Shown here: positions 51,962 to 61,585 of the stretch, piece after piece | Numbering within the stretch: position 1 is the first letter of the stretch | Layout of the letters: the number at the start of each line of letters is the position of its first letter | NCBI GenBank assembly: GCA_965200155.1 | Contig: CBDATR010000010.1 | Span: forward strand, 476,265 to 540,264 | Direction: 5' to 3' | DNA length: 64,000 nucleotides | Source: Nitrosopumilaceae archaeon | GTDB lineage: Archaea; Thermoproteota; Nitrososphaeria; Nitrososphaerales; Nitrosopumilaceae | Notes under the pieces: model-generated | Databases searched by the model: none | Seen by the model: the letters and a program-made list of their open reading frames with translations, nothing else | What the model was told of the DNA's origin: nothing | Translations under genes and position numbers: made by a program

Positions 51962-53515
51962 TTACAACTCCTTGGCCATATATGGCCCGTATAACGAATA
52001 GCCTGTCTTGGAATAGTACTCTCTTGTCCCTATGGCACTTATGATTAGTATGCGATGCGCATGGAATGTGTCCCTGGCTATCTCCTCGGCCTGTGATAGG
52101 AGATCCCTGCCTAATCCGGAATGTTGTATGCCGCCGCGCCCTCCGATGGGCAGGGCCCGCCCATACACATGCAGCTCTCGCACCAGTGCAGAATTGCGCA
52201 CCTCGTGGCGGTGCGCTGCGGCAGATGGCTTGCGCAGTCTCAAGAATCCGTGTATCTGATCATGTTCATCCTCGTATGACAGAAATACCTCCCGGCCACC
52301 TGATGCATCGTACTCCCTGCGGCGCAGATGCAAGTGTACACTTTTGGAATTGTGCGGTTCCCTGCACCTTATGCACCTGCATTTGGTGCCGCGACGACCC
52401 ATCTCTTGCAGAGCCAGCTGTCTGAGGTTACTGTGCCGGGGACCTGCAATAATATTGGATGGTGATATCTCCCGCTGTATTCGCATTATGCGTACCCATG
52501 GCGGCACCGAAGCCTTGATCGTGGCAAGAATGTCTATCATCGCTCTCTCCGTGTATGGCTTGTACAGGCCTGCCTTGTACTGGTCATATAGTGGTGTATT
52601 CTCCAGTACCAGTGATGGGTATATCTTTAGCATATCGGGGCGCAATGATGCATCATTGAACAGCTTTATTATATCTGCAATATCTTCTTGAGGTGTCATA
52701 GTGGGCAGACCGGGCATCATGTGTGCCACAATCTTTAGCCCTGCATCTCTTGCTACCTGGAATGACTCTGTCACGTCCCCAAGTGTGTGTCCGCGATTCA
52801 CTATGTCATAGACTCTTTCCTGCAGGCTCTGGACGCCAATCTCTACCCTGGTAACTCCATACTTTAGCATCATGTCCACGTGTGGCTGTTTACAGTAATC
52901 AGGTTTTGTCTCTATAGTGAATCCCACGTTTCTTATATGGGAGTGCTCATTCAGGCTCTGGGCCGCCTCTAGCGTACTGGATATGGATCCATTCAGTGCG
53001 TCATAACACGATTTTATGAAATCGACCTGATATGATTTTGGCATGAACAGGAACGTGCCTCCCACAATAATCAGTTCCATCTTTGAGGGATCATGACCGA
53101 ATGATACCAGTTTGTCTATCTTTGATGATATCTGGGTGTATGGATCATAACCGCTCTTGATGGCATTTAGAGTTGCAGGTTCTGTGCTTGTGTAGCTGTT
53201 TGGGGTATTGAAATCTACTCCGCCGGGGCAGTACGTACATCGTCCGTGCGGACATGCGTATGGTTTTGGCATCAGCGCTATCACGGCTACGCCGGATCCT
53301 GTCTTGGCTGGTTTTCTGAGTAGTACGCCGCGAAGTGTGTGGTAGTCCTTGTTGCCTGCAGCAGACAGTATCTCCTGCTTGCGCGGCATACGCTCCAGGG
53401 ATAGCCGGGCGCAGACAGACTTTGTAACTTGGCGAACATCCGCATCTGTCGGTCTGTTCATCTCCAGCAGGCGATGTACAATCTCCATACATGCATATTC
53501 CATCTTTGCGGACAT
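51962..53515 (-). CDS. elp3: Elp3 tRNA wobble-uridine acetyltransferase (radical SAM + KAT)
   Basis: CPHGRCTYCPGG, VRELHVYG, QHSGLG. Confidence 0.96.
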   Translation of the reverse strand: MSAKMEYACMEIVHRLLEMNRPTDADVRQVTKSVCARLSLERMPRKQEILSAAGNKDYHTLRGVLLRKPAKTGSGVAVIALMPKPYACPHGRCTYCPGGVDFNTPNSYTSTEPATLNAIKSGYDPYTQISSKIDKLVSFGHDPSKMELIIVGGTFLFMPKSYQVDFIKSCYDALNGSISSTLEAAQSLNEHSHIRNVGFTIETKPDYCKQPHVDMMLKYGVTRVEIGVQSLQERVYDIVNRGHTLGDVTESFQVARDAGLKIVAHMMPGLPTMTPQEDIADIIKLFNDASLRPDMLKIYPSLVLENTPLYDQYKAGLYKPYTERAMIDILATIKASVPPWVRIMRIQREISPSNIIAGPRHSNLRQLALQEMGRRGTKCRCIRCREPHNSKSVHLHLRRREYDASGGREVFLSYEDEHDQIHGFLRLRKPSAAAHRHEVRNSALVRELHVYGRALPIGGRGGIQHSGLGRDLLSQAEEIARDTFHAHRILIISAIGTREYYSKTGYSLYGPYMAKEL

Positions 53516-53842
53516 TTCATTATACTCATCAATTACTACATAAAATTCTGACTAGATTGATTCGTGATATTCTCCGGACTCACTGAGGTACATGCGAACA
53601 CCAGCCTGGCCGACAGACTCGCTCATGTCTGTATGGTGGATCGCACGTATTGTTTGTACCTGTGATTCAATATTGCCAGGCGCCTGTCTGACTCGGTGAT
53701 TTGCGATAATACATCTTTGTATATTCCTGACAAATTGCCCGATGCTGGCTGCATCCAGCCTTGCCGTTTACTGGCATTTCATGATGCCCTCTTGAGACAA
53801 TCCATGTATGGAGAAGGCCCGGGATAACATCCCGGGCTGTAG

Positions 53843-53963
53843 TCCCAAGCGAAGGAATTGAACCTTCGACAATCCGGTTTCTGTCTGCCTGATATGCTGC
53901 TATTTGTCCAGCCCTAAGCCGGCAACTACAGCCGGAAGCTCTACCAGGCTGAGCTAGCTTGGG
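53843..53963 (-). tRNA. tRNA-Tyr(GTA) with 47-nt canonical intron (53879-53925)
   Basis: CCCAAGC/GCTTGGG acceptor; TCCGG-CTGTAG^A-CCGGA anticodon arm. Confidence 0.93.
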
Positions 53964-54249
53964 ACAGTAACTGTATGCCATACTTGTTTTAAATAACTAT
54001 CGCTAGGTATTTGAGCAACTGTGTTCAGGATACGTATGCGTCCATGCCGTAGAATGGGCGACAAGCTGTATGTGTTCACTCCTGACTAAATCCACACACG
54101 ACCATTATGGTTAAAGCGTGAACTCAGTAGAGTTGTGGAATCTGATATGGCAAATTTGCATAACTCTCTCTTCTAAACAAGTCGCAGATACCTTCTGTGG
54201 TGAACATGGTCACCGAAATAAAAATAAGACGGTCTGGGATAAAAATGAC

Positions 54250-54324
54250 GGGTTCGTAGCACAGCTTGGATAGTGCGAACGCTTGCGGAGCGTTAGGTCG
54301 GGGGTTCAAATCCCTTCGGGCCCG
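54250..54324 (+). tRNA. tRNA-Arg(GCG)
   Basis: AACGC-TTGCGGA-GCGTT anticodon arm; TTCAAAT T-loop. Confidence 0.96.
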
Positions 54325-54381
54325 CTATTATTACATACATTAATGTATGATTACTGTTCAGGATTTAACAGTTTTGTACAT

Positions 54382-54494
54382 GGTGGCGGTTCCTCCATGT
54401 TCACATTTACGTACTAGAAATACATACATGATCCGGATCTGCCGCTTGCTCCGCGGTGGCGGTTCCTCCATGTTCACATTTACGTACTAGAAAT
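54382..54494. repeat. two identical 40-bp direct repeats with a 33-bp spacer (CRISPR-like)
   Basis: GGTGGCGGTTCCTCCATGTTCACATTTACGTACTAGAAAT at 54382 and 54455. Confidence 0.85.
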
Positions 54495-54625
54495 GGCGAC
54501 TATTTGAGCATCTGGTTGGCAAGCACGCGCGATGGTTCCAGATCTCTGTATGACTCCTGCGTGCATCAGAAATGGTGTATCCGTTGACTATTTTTTAAAC
54601 TGGGTTTTGAGTTTACACAATTTTC

Positions 54626-54717
54626 GTATGAGTTCACCTGTGTCTAAATTTACGCATAACTGATCGCGACAGTTAATGTGATTTGTGCATAAGATTCCGG
54701 AAGACGTGAACTCATAC
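54626..54717. mobile_element. 92-bp MITE
   Basis: TSD CAATTTTC. Confidence 0.97.
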
Positions 54718-54894
54718 CAATTTTCCGGTCTGTCAATTGAATACATTTTTGCCATTGTTATTGTCTTTGGTATGCAATCTCTTATTTTGTACTGCATAAT
54801 TTCAAATTTGGATATTATGTTTTTGTATTATTATATTTATCAAACTGTGTAGTTTCAAAAGGCTTTAATTACTACTGTTACTTCTAAATGCGGT

Positions 54895-55548
54895 ATGTAT
54901 AGTGGTGCATTAGAAGAGCAAGCCAAGAGGAAGGCCACATCAATACTACAAGATGAAATCAACCGTATACTGAATGCTACAAGACAGCTTGCACAACTCC
55001 CTGATCTCATTGCCAAGAAGGATAAGGAAGGTATAGATGTACTATTGGAGCAAATTGCTGATATAGAGGAAGATGTAGAGAACCATCGCCGGAAGATAAC
55101 AAAAGAGGTGGGTGATGTAGGCGGCCTAATAATGAATAGAGAAAATCTTCTAAATACAGCATATACCATGGATGAGATAGCCGGTTATATTACTGGTATA
55201 TCCTTCAAGTTATCCAATATCAAACCAACAACACTCAGTGAATCTGACCTTGAGAAGGATATTACAGAGATGATCGAACTTGTTGTGGAAGAAGTACTAA
55301 AAATCAACGAGGTAACCCGTAATATCAATAGTAGCAGTGCTAGGGCCATTGAATTGGCTCAGGAGACACAAGAAATAGAGCGACAGATAGACAGCCTATA
55401 TCGACTGGCCACAATTAAGGCCATGAATACTATAGAAAGTACGCCGGAATTATTGTTGATCAAGGATGTAATAGAAGGAATAGAGGAGATGGCCGACAAG
55501 TGTCAAAAAGTTTCGGACTCATTCATTATGCTGGCGTTTAGTCTTTGA
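54895..55548 (+). CDS. DUF47/PhoU-like protein
   Basis: Helical repeats EEDVE..R, ERQID..YR, IEEMADKC. Confidence 0.85.
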   Translation: MYSGALEEQAKRKATSILQDEINRILNATRQLAQLPDLIAKKDKEGIDVLLEQIADIEEDVENHRRKITKEVGDVGGLIMNRENLLNTAYTMDEIAGYITGISFKLSNIKPTTLSESDLEKDITEMIELVVEEVLKINEVTRNINSSSARAIELAQETQEIERQIDSLYRLATIKAMNTIESTPELLLIKDVIEGIEEMADKCQKVSDSFIMLAFSL

Positions 55549-55597
55549 TGTATTACAATTGCTGATTTTAAAATATTTTATAGTAGGTTGATTTTAT

Positions 55598-56155
55598 TTG
55601 GCTAAATCCAATACACATAAAATAATATGCAGTCTAGTGGAAAATCGTATTATAGTATGGAATGTGCAGGATTCTAAATATTTATTCACTAATGGATACT
55701 ATGGCAAACCCATTGGTATGCCCAAACCAAAACCTGATGAGATAAACGTCCCATTGGTACTAGACTTGATTGAGGGACTATATCTACTTGAAACAGGCAT
55801 AATTGCACTGTTCCAGGGTTCCAATAACATAATGGTACGCGAGATGCTTGACATATGCAAAGGCGAGTATGAAAATTTTGAGAAAAAATATCTTGTATAC
55901 AAGACATTCCGGGACTTGGGCTATGTGGTGAATTCTGGTATACGGTTTGGGTGTGACTTTGCTGTATACCAGCGAGGACCTGGCATTGATCACGCACCAT
56001 ATATGGTACATGTATACGGAAGCCGTAATGCCATAACTGCACCGGGACTGGTATTGGCAGGTAGGCTTGCGACCAGTGTACGAAAACAATTCATACTAGC
56101 TATACCCCGTAGCAAAAAAGTAGATTTTTTGGCTCTGGATTGGTGGAAAGCCTAG
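55598..56155 (+). CDS. endA: tRNA-splicing endonuclease, catalytic subunit
   Basis: GIRFGCDFAVY..GPGIDHAPY and SVRK (Y-H-K triad). Confidence 0.92.
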   Translation: MAKSNTHKIICSLVENRIIVWNVQDSKYLFTNGYYGKPIGMPKPKPDEINVPLVLDLIEGLYLLETGIIALFQGSNNIMVREMLDICKGEYENFEKKYLVYKTFRDLGYVVNSGIRFGCDFAVYQRGPGIDHAPYMVHVYGSRNAITAPGLVLAGRLATSVRKQFILAIPRSKKVDFLALDWWKA

Positions 56156-56532
56156 ATGGTTTTCACGTGATAGGCTATGTGGTTGTATATGTCGAATAAA
56201 TCCTGTGTTATATTAAATTCTAAATTATTCTTCCATTTCGAATATATGCGCACTGTGTCATCCACTGGCTCTACCATGATTGTGGCATCCCTGACGCTTT
56301 GTTCTGCTATCTTTTTATTTAATTCGGAATCTCGGTTTAGATCGTGTGCCAAGACTCCGGGACCCTGCCATGAGACCTCCAGCACAGTCTTGGCTCCAAG
56401 ATAGCCTTGCGTTTTTAATTTTGTCCTGGCCAGCAACTCCCACGGTTCCGGATGCTCCCTGAACACAATAAAGTGTGCCTGGAACCTGTCCATTGCTCCC
56501 CAGTGTAGCGGTTTTGGATCTTGTGGCATCAC
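56152..56532 (-). CDS. conserved hypothetical protein
   Basis: 126-aa ORF. Confidence 0.75.
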   Translation of the reverse strand: MMPQDPKPLHWGAMDRFQAHFIVFREHPEPWELLARTKLKTQGYLGAKTVLEVSWQGPGVLAHDLNRDSELNKKIAEQSVRDATIMVEPVDDTVRIYSKWKNNLEFNITQDLFDIYNHIAYHVKTI

Positions 56533-56533
56533 A

Positions 56534-56770
56534 TTACCCCTTTTGTATTATTTGTACCATGTCTATGTTGGTACCATGCACTGTAAGCGTTCCTCTGTTG
56601 GTGACCATTCTTGCGGTGCGGGTATATACCCTGCTGTAATAGTCGCCAGACTCCAAATCCTGAGTGCCCAGCTCATTGGCCTCAGATTCCACTCCTATAT
56701 CCTTTAGCATGTCAACAAAAGTCTCTGGCATTGTTTTTAAAACAAATGTATCTGGTTCAGAGTCTTCCAT
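56534..56770 (-). CDS. hypothetical protein
   Basis: 78-aa ORF co-oriented with downstream gene. Confidence 0.7.
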   Translation of the reverse strand: MEDSEPDTFVLKTMPETFVDMLKDIGVESEANELGTQDLESGDYYSRVYTRTARMVTNRGTLTVHGTNIDMVQIIQKG

Positions 56771-56819
56771 GTTTAAGCCACTATGGAGCCCATAAATAAA
56801 GTATAGCGTAATGATACCG

Positions 56820-57100
56820 GTAACCATTTGGGTCACTCTTCCATATGTGCTGCCAAAATGGGCTAAATCCGGTTATTTCATCACATGACATTTACAATCA
56901 CAGCATACGTTAGGACTAGCGATCTCCTACTGATGTTTGTGTTTACCATATTTTGGTATGAGTTCACCTGTGTCTAAATTTACGCATAACTGATCGCGAC
57001 AGTTAATGTGATTTGTACATAAAATTCCGGAAGACGTGAACTCATACATATTTTGTGCCATGAAAACACACCCCAATTCCAAGCAGGTCTAAACAGTTAC
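56820..57100. mobile_element. old IS66-type MITE containing a 92-bp MITE (56956-57047)
   Basis: gtaaccatttgg...ctaaacagttac; inner TSD ATATTTTG. Confidence 0.8.
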
Positions 57101-57372
57101 TACCAATCATGCGCGTGGGGTTTAATATAGAGATTATGAGAATAGATCAGAAAATTTACAAAAGTAATGGATTTTGTACATGATCGTTTTAAACTTCGTT
57201 GCTTTGTAGGCTGATGTGCATAATCTATTGTAATTGGTACCAATATATTTTTCCAAAAATAATTAATTTTATAATTTAAAAATCTAGATAGACACACTCT
57301 TCCCTGTATTCTTGCTGCTTTCGCTTTTATCACTGTCGTTTTTCTTCTCATTACTATTGGCACTCTTGATTT

Positions 57373-57464
57373 GTGTGAGTTCACCTGTGTCTAAATTTAC
57401 GCATAACTGATCGCGACAGTTAACGTGATTTGTGCATAAGATTCCGGAAGACGTGAACTCATAC
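57373..57464. mobile_element. 92-bp MITE
   Basis: TSD CTTGATTT. Confidence 0.96.
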
Positions 57465-58502
57465 CTTGATTTGGCTTGAATATCTAGGAACACTGCCAAT
57501 ATTTACGCCCTCATTCATTACTGTCGGCAACTTTACATTTGTGTCGGGTTTCCCTATCAATTTGGTTTGTTCTTCATTTTCAATCTCTGATTCCTCAATT
57601 ATGATATCACATTCATTAATCATATTAAATAGACTGGTAATAGTTTCTCACGGATCACTAATTTCTCCCCTGTAATCTTTAGGAGTTTCTTCAATAGTAC
57701 GAAAAGTAAGTCCGCTTAGGATCCGGCGTACAGTAGTCCAGATTGCACAAGCCAGATGGTAAAGAGAACAACAGAGGAATCAAGACAAAAGAGGCGTTGC
57801 CACAACCAAAATAGCTCAAGACCAACATGAGTACAAGACACGTACGAAGATTGTGAACCAGAGGACGGGAACGACTCAAGTAAAGATGGGCAGGCCCATG
57901 ATAGCAATCACCGCCACCCAAATACGAATGGTAACTGAAGCGTACAGCAAGGACCCCGCCGGAGTAGTACGTATTGCAAAGAGGCTTAGACAGAATTACA
58001 ATATATCGCGCAGTATATCGCATAATGAAAAAGAACGGTACGGCAGGATCATCACATGTAAAGTCAGAGTGGGTACGCTATGAGCGTAAATATTCCAATG
58101 CAATGTGGCACTGGCATGTCATGAAAAGATGAGCGCTTCAGGGGACTGAATCTCATAGATGATGCATCCAGGTGTATAGTCGGAACGGCACTATTTGAGC
58201 ATGCAACCTCAGAGAACGCCGTTCTATTACTGAGACTGGCAATGAAACGATTCGGCGCCCCTGCATCTCGGATAACGGCGCGTGTTTCGTAGGACAATAA
58301 AAGGGCAAGAAAAGCTGTAAACCCACACTATTCGAGGAAGAACTGCTGGATCAAGACATTAGACCGTATGCGCAGAATCACTTCTCCCACCCTGCACGTC
58401 TAAACCAAGTTGTTAGATACGAACAATCGACCTAGTATCATGGGTTTTCCCACAGACTCGTGTGAAACAGAAAAGTTAAGACCTAATTTTGTAATACCAG
58501 GT

Positions 58503-59648
58503 ATGCTAAAAGCAGAAGAACTCACCAGGGAGCAGTTAGTCACAGAGTACTGCCGGCTACGCACCAGGTCCGAGGCCGAAGTAACAAACCTGCGTGGAAA
58601 AGTTGACAGTTTACGTGGGAAAAATGACAGCCTGCACGCTAAACTTGAAGCTCAAACAAAGAATGCCCTCGTTTCAAATCTTGATGATATCATAGAACGC
58701 AAGGATCAGCTTCATTCCCTGACCGGATGCACTCCGGAAGAGTTCAAATGGATACTAACCAGATTCACAGAATACGTAGAGTCCCTGGAAGGCGATGATG
58801 CACGGCGATTCTTAGAACTTACAAATGATCGCGGCCATGTGAACAAATTTCCGGTCAGGCATGTACTCTTAGTTACACTGATACGCCTGCGCTGCAATAC
58901 AAAGCAGGAGCTGCTGGCAGCAATACTCAAGATAAACCAGTCAAACATATGTCGTTACATCCAGTTTACAAAGCAGGGACTGATCAAGATACTCCCAACG
59001 GCCGATACCGTTGCAAAAGCAATATCACAAATCAAGTCAGCATCGGACTTTAAGGAAATTGTTCCAGGCCGAGCCGGAGGGGAGATAAAGACTGACGGGA
59101 CACATGTACGCGTACAACGTCCTGAAAAAAATCAGGAGGCAATGTACTCTGGTAAACAAAAAACCCACACGTATAACGTACAGATAACATCAAACAAGAA
59201 AAGACTGATAATTCACGTCAGTGGAGTATATGAGGGAAAAAGACACGATTATGGTATATTCAAGAATGATATTCCCCTTGGAGGCAAATGGGGCAAGTCC
59301 CTAAAAGAATCAACCACGCTGCCATCTGAGAAGATAACAGTAATAGCAGATGCAGGATACCAGGGTATGAAAGACTTCCTACCCGGCGCAAAGGTCATAA
59401 TTCCATACAGGGGTAGGGAATCACTCACTAAAACTGAAAGGAAATACAACCAATATGTATCAAAAAGGCGCATATTAATCGAGAATGTAATTCGAATGCT
59501 AAAGGTATATCGTAGATTAAGTCAGGTATATGATGGCAGTCGTGAGGAATTCCGGGAAGATCTACTCGTAGTATCCGGGTTGCATAATTTACACATTATG
59601 CACAAGCATACCAGATACAAGAAATTTTTGAAAAATATCTGTCCATAA
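58503..59648 (+). CDS. intact DDE_Tnp_4-type transposase with N-terminal coiled coil
   Basis: HTH, TDGTH, YSGKQKTH, HD, ADAGYQG, RILIEN; alternative upstream starts 58410/58440. Confidence 0.93.
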   Translation: MLKAEELTREQLVTEYCRLRTRSEAEVTNLRGKVDSLRGKNDSLHAKLEAQTKNALVSNLDDIIERKDQLHSLTGCTPEEFKWILTRFTEYVESLEGDDARRFLELTNDRGHVNKFPVRHVLLVTLIRLRCNTKQELLAAILKINQSNICRYIQFTKQGLIKILPTADTVAKAISQIKSASDFKEIVPGRAGGEIKTDGTHVRVQRPEKNQEAMYSGKQKTHTYNVQITSNKKRLIIHVSGVYEGKRHDYGIFKNDIPLGGKWGKSLKESTTLPSEKITVIADAGYQGMKDFLPGAKVIIPYRGRESLTKTERKYNQYVSKRRILIENVIRMLKVYRRLSQVYDGSREEFREDLLVVSGLHNLHIMHKHTRYKKFLKNICP

Positions 59649-59722
59649 TTTCCATGATATTATAATTCGAATATCACTCATCAGAAAATCCACTAAATTA
59701 ATGGGTTTTGTGGTAACCATTT

Positions 59723-60142
59723 GTATGAGTTCACGTGTTTTAATCATATGATATTATATAATGCATCCAAGTTTTTTAATTATAACTGCATTCTTATAGC
59801 AACCCCATGCTTGTACTGGGTATGAGTTCACCTGTGTCTAAATACGCATAACTGATCGCGACAGTTAATGTGATTTGTACATAAGATTCTGGAAACGTGA
59901 ACTCATACTGTACTGGAGGGATGGTGGAGAGTGAGCATTCTCATATAAGCCGAGCCGTGATTACCGCAATTTTCCCCGTTTCTCTTCCAATTCATTTACA
60001 TAATTTCACGCATTTTTTCTATGTTATGTCTGCTTCTTACACGTTCCTTGTAGTGTGCAAGATCTCTCTTGGTAGACGCAAGGGTATCCGGAGATTTGCA
60101 GTTCCTCATTAACCAAATATTGTCATATCAAGTTTCATCGTA
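59723..60142 (-). mobile_element. IS66-like remnant with GTATGAGTTCACGTG end, containing a MITE (59820-59908)
   Basis: Minus strand reads YENAHSPPS, like the IS66 N-terminus; inner TSD TGTACTGG. Confidence 0.65.
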
Positions 60143-60316
60143 TGTGGTAACCATTTAGCTCACTCATGATATACGTCATCAAGATCCGGTCACCCCACTA
60201 CACGACATTTGCAATCACGGCATACGTTAGTGCTGGCAGGTGCCATTCACATTGGTTTGTTCATGCTTGACTGATTGTGTGCCATAAAATACACCCCAGT
60301 TTGAAGCAACATGGGC

Positions 60317-60636
60317 GTATGAGTTCACCTGTGTCTAAATTTACGCACAACTGATCGCGACAGTTAATGTGATTTGTGCACAAGATTCCGGAAGACGTGA
60401 ACTCATACCCCTGGTGAGTTCTTCTGCTTTTAGCATACCTGGTATTACAAAATTAGGTCTTAACTTTTCTGTTTCACACGAGTCTGTGGGAAAACCCATG
60501 ATACTAGGTCAATTGTTCGTATCTAACAACTTGGTTTAGACGTGCAGGGTGGGAGAAGTGATTCTGCGCATACGGTCTATTGTCGTACCAAGTCAATTAC
60601 AATCTTATCATATGATCAAAACACGTGAACTCATAC
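60317..60636. mobile_element. hybrid composite: MITE + IS5 left fragment + IS66-like parent end
   Basis: Outer TSD ACATGGGC. Confidence 0.9.
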
Positions 60637-61585
60637 ACATGGGCTATTCCTGTCAATCATGCGCATAAGGTCTATTATACTAATCAATTCCAGACCATAC
60701 CACCCGCAGACAAATGGCAAACTGGAGCGCTTCCATGGAATGATTGAGGACGAGATATGGCATTATGACAGTCTCCGGGATTATGTGGACTACTACAATG
60801 AGAGAAGGTTGCACTTCTCACTGGATATAGATAACGGCGAAACGCCACTTCAGGAACAAAAAGGCGACCCAGACAATTAGGGCAAATGATACAAAATGGA
60901 TGGAGCGGGATGCCAATGACTAGTGGACCGACTTTTCATACATTACAATCTTTAGGAGTTTCTGACATATTTTATTAAATGATATTTTTAGCTATAATTG
61001 TTACTCCTAAAATAATTAATTTATCACTTTAAAAACGTAGATAGATACGAATTATCATTAAATCTTGTCAAAAGTTCGTGTACGGCAAACTTACGTACTT
61101 GTACACCATTCCATTTAGGAAAGGGCAGCTATTTCTTTACTCCCAGATTACGGTTCTTGAGACGCAAGTACTTGTTATGACATTTGCGACATCGGGTAGC
61201 CAGAATATCATTGCGACATCCGCAGTTAAAGCATATTTTCATATGGAGCCTAGCCTGCGTGGCTATGCGTTTTTTCTCGGGATCCGTAACTGTCATGGTA
61301 TGTATGGTTTACATCCTCGTTAATAATCTAACGATTTGTTTCACAGCCATGTATCCGCGCCTGCTATGCGCAGTACTGCAGAGATACTGTAAGTATTCGT
61401 GGCTAGAATACTGTGTGATGTTCATGACACAAGCTCGATACCAATATCCATTCCAAGTGAAACTGGTTTTGCAGAATTTGTGAGAGGCTGATGTGTGACC
61501 ACATTGTGTCATGAATACAAATTACGTAACTCCAGATCAGGAATTAGATTGATTTCATGACATCTTTTAAAATTCTATACTTTTA

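Larger units (their letters stand above)
58361..60673 (+). mobile_element. IS5 family (ISL2/Harbinger-like) element
   Basis: TIR AGACC[G/T]TATGCGCA; TSD ATT. Confidence 0.9.
57691..60947 (+). mobile_element. IS481-A defective copy with 16-bp TSD, host of nested insertions
   Basis: TSD ATCTTTAGGAGTTTCT (57675-57690 / 60948-60963). Confidence 0.93.

Noticed and set aside
53667-54309. ORFs 53667-53981 and 54124-54309
   Set aside because: They overlap tRNA-Tyr and tRNA-Arg and are spurious
11474-60408. 92-bp repeat as a CRISPR array or conserved small protein (ORFs containing YEFTSSGILCTNHINCRDQLCVNLDTGEL)
   Set aside because: Copies are dispersed, in both orientations, with TIRs and 8-bp TSDs; the recurring peptide is only a stop-free frame through the MITE
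61078-61512. Short overlapping ORFs between IS481 and sucD
   Set aside because: No recognisable motif or consistent frame
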